From positions 33,790,001 to 33,854,000 of the forward strand of contig NC_043015.1 in NCBI RefSeq assembly GCF_006345805.1: 64,000 nt of DNA, given 5' to 3'. Of this stretch, positions 38,571 through 49,475 are shown piece after piece. The notes beneath the pieces are model-generated. The model ran no database searches and was not told the DNA's origin. It saw only the letters and a program-made list of their open reading frames with translations. Position 1 is the stretch's first letter, and the number at the start of each line of letters is the position of its first letter. The position numbers and the translations under genes are program-made. This stretch comes from Octopus sinensis (taxonomy: Eukaryota).

Positions 38571-40599
38571 ATTAATAATAATAATAATAAATAATAATAA
38601 TAATAATAATCCCTTTGGCTGTAGTAAAACTGTTGGTGAGAAGAAGACCTGGGGAGGAGAAGGGATAATATGAACGTAGTTAATGAATTGGCTGAAATGT
38701 CCAGGAATACTGACCTTGCTTGCGTACGGGCATGTTGTTCCTCAATTATAGATAGATCCGTCCACACTAACTGCTTCCCTTAATTAGTAATACTAGCAGA
38801 GGTGGTGGCGGCGGTCAAAGGTTTGTTTTTCCCTTTCTTTCTTTATATATTTTTGCCAACGATCAGCGAAATATCTATATGTTAAGGGGTGAGTATATAT
38901 ACATATAGATGTGTATATATATATATATATTTATAGATTGTTTTGTGTATATATATATATATATATGTATGTGTGAGTGGTGTGTGATATGTACAGAAGC
39001 TCCGGTTTGAGGTTTGTAATCCTTGCAGTGGTGACGGAGGTGGTGGCGGTGGCGGTAGTCGCAGTCTCGTTGAAGCGGGTCGAAGGTAGGTTTGGTGACA
39101 CCAAGACAGCGGAGTAGCAGGAAAGAGAGGGAACGGGCAGAGGAAGAGAGAGAGAGATAGAGGAAGGAAGGAAGGGAGACGGAGTGGAATAGAGGGGGGA
39201 GGAAAACAACAACTTAGAGAGGGAGGGAGGAATTAAAAGAAGAAGAAGAAGAAGAAAAAGGGGAAATAAAGAGCAAAAGGCATTTACACATAATATAGAG
39301 AGAGAGACAGACAGATACATGGAATAGTATATTGATATAGAAAGAAGAAGATATATAGTGATACATAGACACACACACGGTGTGTAAGAGGGAGTGAGAG
39401 AAAGAATATGAAAGATAAAAAGTGAAACAAGATAATGAAAGGGAAGACGGATAGAAAGCGGTGTGAAAGGTGAATGGGGGAAAGTTTGAGTGAAGTAACA
39501 GATTGTGTTTAGATAGATGTAAAAAAGTGAAATGTTGGGTTATGGGGACAGAAGAATTAAAGGTGGGAAAAGGATAACCTATCACTGCAAGGAACAGCTA
39601 ATAAACTGTTGTGTATATATATATACATATATATATTATTGTGTTGTTGTTCGTACGAACAAAAATTACACTAACAGACTGTTATATTTATTGTATATTT
39701 TTCGTTTACAAGTTGGGAACAGGATCAGTTCAAAACTGAAACAAATTACTCTATAAAATATGTTATCCGGTCAAGAGCAGATACCGATACACGACCCCCA
39801 CCACTTACAAACTGGCTTACTTTTGTTCCTTTCTCGCCTTCTTTCACCTTATTATCAACGATTATATAAGTCTACCCACCTCTCTACCTACCTATGTATT
39901 AAAATATCTTTATACCTATCAATTTATTTATTCAAATGTATGTATAACAACAGATACATTTGTGTCTACCCGTCTCTGTTCATTCATTTATTAATCCAAG
40001 TCTCGCTTCTTCATTCATACAATATTTCACTTGATTTTCCTTCATTAAACTATTTATACACACATATATCTATATACAATGACACAACACCAGAAAATAT
40101 ATTCGCTTTCTTTAATGAAATGTTTTTACTTTCTTCAAAAGAAAAATAAATTTAACAAAATATTATTGTTTGGTTATAAAGTGCGTAAGATTTACGCCTT
40201 TAAAAGTTATAGTTTAATTGTGAACAGTATTTAATTAGCAATAACAATTATTATAATATTTAACAAACATCGATGCTCTCCCAATAAAGTGGACAACGCA
40301 AAGTGAAAATGCGGTCAAAACGTTATAATTTTTAGCGACGTAGGAGGCCAAGTTGCGTATTCGAGTACATCAGTCTGTCTCTCTCTATCACTTTTTACTC
40401 CTCTCTCTCTCTCTCTCTCGCTATATGTATGTGTATATATATATATATAGTATATACATATATAATATATATACATATATTATATATACATATATTTTAT
40501 ATATATGTATATACAGAGCCACACACGAGTGTATATATAAATGTATGTATGTGCAATGTGATTGTCTTGTCGCAGTATGGCATTGACCGCATTAGAACG

Positions 40600-40930
40600 A
40601 AAGTGTGGTGTTGTGTGAGGAAGGGGGGGTTAGTGCGTGTTTTTGTTGATAGAAGCGGCCTCAAGTAATAGGCCAAAACATGGCGCCATGCAGTAACTAT
40701 AATGTCGGTTATCACGTGGTCCTTCTCTCTCACACTCACTCTCTCTTTCTCTCTCCATCTCTCTCTTTTTCTGTCTTCCTCTCATACTTACTCTCTCTTT
40801 ATTTCTCCCTTTCTCTCTCTCACACTCACTCTCTCTCACTCACTCTCTCTCCCTTTTCCTGTCTTCCCCTCTCACACTCACTCACTCTCTCTCTTTTCCT
40901 GTCTCTCCCTCTCTCACACTTAAATATTGT
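40600..40930. promoter_or_regulatory. Candidate core promoter
   Basis: YY1-type AACATGGCG inside palindrome CATGGCGCCATG (40679-90), TATAAT (40698-703), E-box CACGTG (40713-18), followed by a CT-rich tract. Lies in a SINE-free, CpG-richer block. Confidence 0.4.
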
Positions 40931-40958
40931 CGCTGACAAAAGTATCTAAAGTGATGAC

Positions 40959-40989
<31 letters not shown>

Positions 40990-41029
40990 GAGATCGATTG
41001 AAAAAGAAGCAGACAGCGCATAGATTGCG

Positions 41030-41120
41030 ATGGAGCTGCTGCTAGGTGGTCGCTCGTCAATGCTAGTAACATCAGTCAAGTCTCTCTCAAATTTCATCCA
41101 ACACTGTCTTGAAAAGGCAC
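41030..41120 (+). CDS. Candidate first coding exon (MELLLGGRSSMLVTSVKSLSNFIQHCLEKA), unrecognised
   Basis: gcgATGG context, 30 open codons, phase-1 donor CAC|GTGAGA at 41121, about 300 bp downstream of the candidate promoter. No homology recognised. Confidence 0.15.
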
Positions 41121-41912
41121 GTGAGATAATGTACTCCTAGATATACAAAAAGGTGTGATGGTCATAGGTGGAATGTTTTGTGTCTTCTGAAACTGATCTG
41201 AACTTAACAACGAATGAAAGAAATAGATTATTGAAAATTATGGAATAGAGATAGGTTTGATCGTTCAAGCGAATTACACTCTTGTGTATGTCGAAGAGTG
41301 TGTTGAGCCCTTTCATATACATTCCTTCTCTGAGACATGTTATGACAGTTTTCGCTGTTCTGTGTTTTTTTCCCCTCTTTCTCTCTCTTGTGTTCGATTT
41401 GTTTTACGAATAACAAGCAATACCATATTACTATAAATCAGATATGTATGACATCACTTTCTCCACTTATGATTGTATATGTAACACATGATACTTTGAG
41501 AATTCAATGTCTGGATAGTTAGTCCAATACATATAGTATATATATAGATATAATTGGAGCGCAGTGACATGAAACTTGAGTCATGAGACAGAATTCAATT
41601 CATATATGTGTGTGTGTGTGTTTAATTATTTCAAGTCTTCCTGCAAGGAAGGAAGTGGTTTTTGAACAAAGATATAAAACTCCATAGTTGGAAAGTAGAG
41701 AACAAAATTAAATCCACGCATTGAACTTGAGAAAAATTTTGCATACAGAATGTATTTGTAACATGTATGTTGGTTTCTTTTTTCTGAAAACCCTAACTTT
41801 TCCAAACTGTCACTTAGGCATGTGTGTGTGTGTGTGTGCAATCACAGATACACATGATGGAAGTCTGTACATTATGAGTATGACCCTTGCTTGTTAATGA
41901 GCAGCAACATGA

Positions 41913-42254
41913 GTAGAGGCGCAATGGCCCAATGGTTAGGGCAGCGGACTTGCGGTCGGAGGATCGCGGTTTCGAATCTCAGACTGGGCGTTGTGTGTTT
42001 ATTGAGCGAAAACACCTAAAGCTCCACGAGGCTCTGGCAGGGAGTGGTGGCAACCCCTGTTGTACTCTTTCGCTCCAACTTTTTCTCACTCTTTCTTCCT
42101 GTTTCTTGTCCTTGACTTCCTACGCAACCGCTGAGCCTGGATGCGCATTCATCCATCCGTCAATGCTCTCGGTGTCGGGGGTTGACCTGCTTACGAATAG
42201 CAAAGGACCACGTTTCGGACTTCTCCCACGAAGACTGCTTCGCTCAACAGCAAC
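41913..42254 (+). mobile_element. Full-length young tRNA-derived SINE (fourth family) with 13-bp TSD
   Basis: A box TGGCCCAATGG 41925-35, B box GGTTTCGAATC 41968-78, TSD AGCAGCAACATGA at 41900-12 and 42255-67, CAA/CAG tail. Confidence 0.9.
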
Positions 42255-42649
42255 AGCAGCAACATGAAGCTTTTACCAAGACTTACATAAATGTCTCTTC
42301 TCAGTTAAAAATCATGACATTTGCATTATGTGCAGATCTGAGAATACCTCTTCAGAGCATCAATAGAAACAGAATGTTTGTTAGCTATTTGTTCTTTCGG
42401 GTATCAAAGGTTGCTTTTGTTTGAGTTTTATTAAATGGAGGGTCTGCAGTTATCGAAGGGATTCCTTTCTTTTTTTTGCATTTCATTTCAGTGTTGTGTG
42501 TTTATGCAGTTGGAAATATATGGATGCACTGAATATATTATTTTTCCCATATAATCTCTGTAGTGAATACATTATTTTTCTTCAGTAGTCTTACCAATTG
42601 CAATTATTTCTAGTTTGTTTTTTTTTAATCATATAAATTTTTTTCTTTT

Positions 42650-43100
42650 TTCAGATCAGATTTATGAAAGTTCTTCAATCTTAATTTTGGTGTGTCAGGC
42701 CTTTTCTCAGAACATTGTTCTGCATAGAATAGGTACTTTGGAATTCTCCTATCTTCCATACAAATTGCACAGCCTGCTTACCTCAGTTTGCTATGTCACA
42801 AGAGAGCCCCTATGCTTACAACATTTGCGAACTCCAAGGATTCAACATCACTCACATTGTTTCCCCAAGATTTTGAAAAGATTTATCAAAGATGCTTTTA
42901 CTTTGATAAGGCATCGTTTAAATGATTTGGTCTTTTATTACTACAACCTGACCTCTCCTCCACACTGAGTTACTCAGTTCTCTGTCTTCATTGAGCAGGT
43001 ATCCCTTGTCTTGTGAGTAAGCATCCATCCAGAGAATGTCTACAGTCGGTTTGACATCTGAATTTAATTTAGTGAAGGATGTGAAAGGTTGAATCTTCAA
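42650..43100 (-). mobile_element. Degenerate RTE (BovB-like) LINE C-terminal fragment
   Basis: Minus strand SWGNNVSDVESLEFANVVSIGALL*HSKLR*AGCAICMEDRRIPKYLFYAE...PKLRLK matches W.DKV.N.EVL...SI..LL...QLRWAGHV.RM.D.RIPK.L.YGEL. Confidence 0.85.
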
Positions 43101-43204
43101 GTAAGAAAAAATATCAACGTGGGAAGGGCCTCAGAGTCACTAAACTTAAATTGTTTCTTAAAAAAATGATTAAATATGAAACCCCAAGTGTTACCTGGGG
43201 ACAG

Positions 43205-43670
43205 AGGCTGTGGGTAACTAACAATGGTTTCAAAATGTTTGGCTCAAGGTCAACCATTTCAGGGTAGGGAAGTAAGTCAATTACATCAACCCCACCGTCC
43301 AACTGGTACTTATTTGATTGACCCTGAAAGGATGAAAGGCAAAATCAATCTCAGCAGAATTTGAACTCAGAATATCAATATGGATGAAATGCCTCTAAGC
43401 ATTTTGCTTGACATGTTAACAATTCTGCCAGCTTGATGCCTTGTTCTGTGAAATTAATAATAGTTTCAAATTTTGGCACAAGACCATCAATTTTGGGAGA
43501 GGAAGCAAGGCGAATACATCAATCCCAGTACTCCTCAACTGGTACTCATTTTATCAACCCTAAAAGCATAGACAACCTCAGCGGAATTTGAACCCAGAAT
43601 ATGAAAGACAGACAAAATGCCACTAAGCATTTTGCCTGGTGTGCTAACGACTCTGCCAACTTGCCAGCTT
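43205..43670 (-). mobile_element. Two tandem family B SINE copies
   Basis: Same unit as 4178-4765. Confidence 0.85.
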
Positions 43671-44134
43671 ATTGTGTGTAACTAATAATAATTGTTGTTT
43701 GTACAACTGTTTAGCATATTGAATATTAGTTTCATAAATTTCTGTAAAATGAAACTAAGCTGTGTTGATGGTATCAACATTGTCTTTTAATGGTCTTTAA
43801 TGAATAAACCATTTCATTCAGCAACACAACCAGGATAAAATTATTAATGCTTCCATTATCAGTTAAAGCTTTCATTGCATCATGGTAAACAGCAATAATA
43901 ATGAATACACAAGACAAAGGATATTCCAGTAAAGTTGAAGAAATTGAAAAAGTTGAACATTGATTTATTACCTGGTGTACACACCTGAGAAAATGACCGT
44001 TTTTTTCTCACTCTTCTGACATGTGTCATCTCTTGCTATAAAATAAATTTGCTTTTGATTTTTGTTCTTTATTTTTATCATTAAGATTTTCTTTTCTTTT
44101 TTTTTTCTTTTTCTTTCATTCACTTTATCAACAG

Positions 44135-44341
44135 AAACAACCCAAAACACAGTTTTACTGCAAATGATCACGAGATGCTTGAACATCCATTTGTCTAGAA
44201 AGAAATACATTGAAGAATGTGTTTTACATACAATTGGTGATACATCAGCCACAGATATAGTTGCCCACCACCACCACCACCACCACCACCACCACCACAG
44301 TAGTATTGACAATGTGCAAGGGGGTGAAAGAATCACATGCT
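44135..44341 (+). CDS. Candidate symmetric phase 1-1 coding exon with His10 run, unrecognised
   Basis: Long polypyrimidine tract + CAG acceptor (44134), 207-nt open frame, donor T|GTAAGG at 44342. No homology recognised. Confidence 0.18.
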
Positions 44342-44715
44342 GTAAGGTTCCGGAAAAGGCATCTGCTTCCGGTCCCGGGGATAAACCACAGGATCTTTAG
44401 CAAACAAAAATGAGAAACATCCAGTTAGTTTTGTCCCCCTTAAACCTCATCAGGGACCTGATATTAATAGTATTATATTCCTGTTATGAGTAATGAAATG
44501 AGCTATTAATAGGTTAAAAAGCAGGTGCAGGCATAATATAGGGGCACAGGTGTGGTTGTGTAGTAAGAAGCTTGCATCCCAACCACATAGGTCAGGGTTC
44601 AATCCCACTATGTGATACCATGGGGAAGTGTAGTATAACCTCAGACCGACTAAAGCCCTGTGAATTGATTTGGGAGACGGAAACTGAAAGAAGCCCGTTG
44701 TATATTTGTATACAT

Positions 44716-44773
<58 letters not shown>

Positions 44774-44905
44774 CGTAAAAGAAGTCCACATTCCATGTCC
44801 TCGTACTTTGTATTGTTTGTTGCTTACGTTTTGTGACATCCTGTGCCCACATATGCATGTGTATATACGGATACATGTAAGTATGTACATATACATATGT
44901 ATATA

Positions 44906-44985
<80 letters not shown>

Positions 44986-46046
44986 CTTATATTATTATAT
45001 GATTGAATGCCACGCATCCTTTTCCAAGTAAGTTTTATCTATTTATATATATATACGAGCAAAACTCCCCCAGTCCGATGGACGGTGCTGAGTTGTCAAA
45101 CATTTAAACCAAATATTCTCATAACAACTTGTCCGACCGTCCCATTGGCCTCCCCTTTGAGAAACACTGATTTAACCTAAATTTGAGACACCAAAAGAAG
45201 AAATAAAGATAGACTTTTTTTCTATTCCAAAGAAAAAACGATTTTATTCACACAAATATGCAACCAAAGAGTTTAAAGTACCAGTAATGATAAGGCTGTT
45301 GACTGGGAAAACACAAACATGGTTTAAATAGTAAGCTTGGCAGGAAAGAAACGTGCCTTTAAGCAGTACAAAAACAACAAAAAATGGAAGGTGCAGTTAT
45401 GTACAGGTTGACGGAAGAAAAGCAGGACAAAACGATGCATGCAAATGGGTTAGCTGGAGGTAAATCTAGATGGAAAAGCATGATGAATTTATGAGAACGT
45501 ACCCTTAAAGGTTGTCAAGATTAATGTCAACACAAAAAGGCAAGATGTACATATTTTAAATGTAAATGCTATGCAATTGAACTTCAACTTTGGCGAAATA
45601 ACTGTCTTCTCGCTGTAAAAACACCAATACCTTTGAAACAACAACACTATAATTAAAAATGCAAAAATTTATCCCAAAGATATTAGAAGTCTCTCGTAGT
45701 TTGAGAAAGAAAATTCTGCAATTTCTTGTTTAATAACCTGCATGAATGATTTGTTTATATGATCAAGTTTTTGTGCTCATTGCCCTCCATTAAACTGCTG
45801 TTGCTTCAACAAGTCCATGGTGTACCACATGTTAGGTGTCAAAGAGATTGCAGTGGTTGGTGTTAGGAAGGGCATCCAGCCATATAAACAATGGAACCTG
45901 GTGTGACACCTGGTCTTACCAGCTCATAGTAAACCATCCAACCCATGTCAGCATGGAAAATGGACATTAAAGATGATGATGATCATATCTATCTATCTAT
46001 CAGTCTGTCTATCTATCTACCTATATATATACTTATATATATATAT

Positions 46047-46109
<63 letters not shown>

Positions 46110-46149
46110 CATGGAGGGTGGATATTAAATGATGATGATTATGTATGTG

Positions 46150-46690
46150 AGGGTCCATGTACAATTGCAGGACCTCCGGCTTTCGTGGACGAACCACCCA
46201 TCCAGGGGGAACATCATTGTGCTGTTGTAACAGAGGTGCTGATTATGACCTTACCTAAACGCCTGATATATTTGGGTGGGGTAGTGCCACCAGGGCCACC
46301 AGGTAGCCGTACTGTCCCAGGTTTAATGCTGCTGTGAATCCATGGCAGCGAGTTACAGGCCGACGCCTAGTTGATTGGCTCATACCCAAGGGGAGCCCCG
46401 ACTGTGGCCAATCCTCTGGAGTGGGCTTTCGCACGACTTGGGATGACCCACTGACATCTTGAACCCCGGCCTCATGGTGGTTGGGGGGACAGTTTCGGTA
46501 CATTTGGTTATCCTCATATGGGAGGGACGTGCATGAGTTGGACAAGTCATCAAGAGCTGCCCCTCTAAGGGCGTAAGCTCTCTCACCATGGCAAGGTAGT
46601 ACCAGGGTCGACTGCCCTGGTGGTATGGTTACGGTAAGTGACAGCAGCATCAGGCTTGTACGTTGCTAGCACACCAAGGACATGTCGACC
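46150..46690 (-). mobile_element. GC-rich probable RTE (Rex3/Expander-like) 5' UTR fragment
   Basis: Minus-strand actaccttgccatggtgagagagctt resembles, from memory, the 5' motif accttgccgtggtggggggg-cttgcg of this group. No ORF follows. Confidence 0.4.
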
Positions 46691-47309
46691 TTATAAATAT
46701 ATATAAATATAAATAGAAAATAAGAACACAAATAGGCTAAAGGTTTACTACAGCTGTTAACATTTTCTTCAAGTGAACCAAAACTGCAAAATTTGGTTAG
46801 GAGAACCCCCCCCCCCATGTAGAATGTGGATTGACTCCCATTTCCATATTAAGGAAGAGAGTGAAAACATAACAGACCTCATAAGCCTTTGGGTCATAAA
46901 ACTATCAGCAGACAATGTCACATTAAATTGTTTTTATAAACAGATAAGTGGAAGAGAGAGAGAGAAAGAAAGAGAGAGAGAGAGAAGGAAATAGGGAGGA
47001 GAGGGGGAGGCTTGATTACAGGTTATCAGTGTTGTGTAGTCAAGACAAATGTCCTGCCACCAAAAGAGAAATTACCTGTAACCCAAGACAACCAAACTGG
47101 AACATTTATGATAACATATATTTACATACACTCATGCTAGTCACACTTACATGCACACATAAACATTCTCACATACATGAACACATAGATAGATATATTT
47201 ACACACATATACTCCACAACAAATAAACAAACATGCATACATATACACACACATGTATGTAACTATACACATGTGTATATGAGTGTGTGTGTGTGTGACT
47301 GTGTGAAGA

Positions 47310-47600
47310 TGCATGGCTCAGTGGTTAGGGTGCTGCACTCACAATTGTGAAACAGTGGTTTCGATTCCCAGACCAGGCATTGCATTGTGTCCTTGAGCTT
47401 CCTTTGACATTGCTCTGTGGTCATCTTGTTATCTGGCATGTGGCACAAAGCACACCTGTACAGGTAATGTCAATTTGATGGAGGGAGTGAGCTTATATGA
47501 ACACAAACATTTGATCACTACAAACAAATCATCTTCTGTGGTTGTTCAGCAAAAAACTACAGTATCCTCATACATGGTCAAACAATGGAAGAGTCCGTGA
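47310..47600 (+). mobile_element. Family C SINE
   Basis: A box tggctcagtggttagg, B box ggtttcgattccc, then ttgtgtccttgagc. Confidence 0.8.
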
Positions 47601-47968
47601 TCATCATCATTATCATCATTTAACGCCCGTTGTCCATGCTAGCATGGGTTGGACAGTTTGACCAGGGCTGGCATGCTGGAAGGCTGCACCAGACTCCAGT
47701 CTGATTTGGCATGGTTTTCTACGGCTGAATGCCCTTCCTAATGCCAACCATTCCAAGAGTGTAATGGGTGCTTTTACATGCCACTGGCACGTGTGCCATT
47801 TGCATGACACTGGTATCTGCCATGACTGATTTTGCTCAGCTTGACAGGTCTTCTCAAGTACAACATAATGCCAATGGTTTCTGTGATGTATGTATGTATG
47901 TATGTATGGATGGATGGATGGATGGATGGATGGATGGATGGATGGATGGATGGATGGATGGATGGATG

Positions 47969-48032
<64 letters not shown>

Positions 48033-48576
48033 TAGATATACACACATGCATGCATTAAAAAAATACCATGTTTTCTCCAAACCAAATAAAAAAATTTTAG
48101 TTCACCTGAAGAAAACGTTTTTTTCATGATGTAATTGAATTATTCATAAAAAAAAATATGTCTGAAACAGCTGTAATGAACCTTTAATCCATTTATAAGC
48201 AACATTCCAGGAACCTTCCCAATGCTAGATCTTGTACTGACACTGGATTGTGAAACTGCAATGACAGTATGCATAGCTGTATACTTTTATATACATGTAT
48301 TTCTATATGTATGCATGGATACAAGTCACACAACAAGAACTCACTACTTGAATGGACCATAAACAAAACTTCACTTAAACAGGATTTAGATAATCCTATC
48401 AGGTGGTGCTATTAAGTTAGACATTGCCTGCACCAGTCTTTGGTCGAAACATATCTAAGTTTTATATATATATATATGTGTGTGTGTATTGTCAGTGGAT
48501 CATATATCCAAAAAGGAAGCAGACTCTAAAGCATAGAGCAGTAACATTCGAAGAAGGGTTGTGTGCCGTTTGCCTT

Positions 48577-48640
48577 TAGACTCTGATGAGTTGTCCATAG
48601 AGCTAAGTGCTTTGTGGGTACAAAACCATTGGTCGCTCTG
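48577..48640 (+). ncRNA. Type I hammerhead ribozyme motif with G12A core substitution
   Basis: CTGATGA 48583-89; 13-bp stem II (48590-603/48609-21); AAAA in place of GAAA (48622-25); stem III ACC/GGT; GTC 48632-34; stem I 5 of 6 pairs. Confidence 0.55.
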
Positions 48641-49475
48641 TTTCAATGTGTGTGTGTGTGTATGCATATATGCATACACCTATGCATAATATGTATATAC
48701 ATACCTACTACATACAAATAGATAGTTTTTGCTGTCAGAATGTATTTACTATTTGTCCAATTGCAGAGGAGAGAGAGACTAAGGAAGAAATGGAAGTGAA
48801 GCATCTAAAACCTATCTCCTTGTGACGTTGAACCTGACAAAGAACAGGGAATGCAACAGATGGTGGCACACTCTGTTAGAGAGGTTCTACCGGGTTTACT
48901 AGAATTCAGTTGGTTATGACGATGAGGGCTCCCTTTGATCTGATCAACAGAACAGCCTGCTCATGAAATTAACGTGCAAGCGGCTGAGCACCCCACAGAC
49001 ACATGTGCCCTTATTGTGGTTCTCAGGGAAATTCGGCAAGACACAGAGTGTTACAAGGCTGGCCCTTTGAAATGTTGGCACTACCCATTTTTGCCAGCTG
49101 AGTGGACTGGGGCAATGTGAAATGAAGTGTCTTGCTCAAGGACTCAATGTGCTGCTGGTCATCAAACTCATGACTTTATGACTGTGAGATGACTGTCCTA
49201 ACTACCAAACCACGTGCCTCCACTTCTGCTGGGCTTAGGTGCATCTAAAACAGATAATGATGACAATGATGTATATATATATACGAATGTATGTATGAAT
49301 GTATGCGCATGCATTATAGAGAGAGGAAAGAGAGAAAAAGTCTGAATGCATGTATGTATGCACGTATCTATCACTGTATCTATCTGTGTGTGTGTGTGCA
49401 TGTGTGTGTGTGTGCACGTGTGTGTGTGCATATACATATATACATATACGTAAGTATGTATGTATAAACACTGAA

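Noticed and set aside
41916-41990. tRNA gene
   Set aside because: A and B boxes are present but acceptor and anticodon stems do not close; it continues into a SINE body bounded by a TSD.
42654-43100. Plus-strand exon with strong acceptor and a GTAAGA donor
   Set aside because: The interval is the antisense of an RTE C-terminal fragment and all plus frames hit stops.
43972-44035. Minus-strand 64-nt exon with a furin-like RVRKKRS motif
   Set aside because: Two frames are open, the basic run comes from an A homopolymer, and no partner exons were identified.
44135-44198. Alternative frame NNPKHSFTANDHEMLEHPFV* resembling a kinase subdomain XI end
   Set aside because: Lacks the invariant Arg, spacing is off by three residues, and no other kinase exons were found.
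44405-44460. Minus-strand CTGATGA...ACAAAAC as a fourth hammerhead
   Set aside because: Stem II does not pair beyond one base pair and there is no NUH or stem I.
48415-48460. ACCA/TGGT stem followed by CGAAAC with TTAGA/TCTAA flanks
   Set aside because: No CUGANGA box and no NUH; too degenerate to support.
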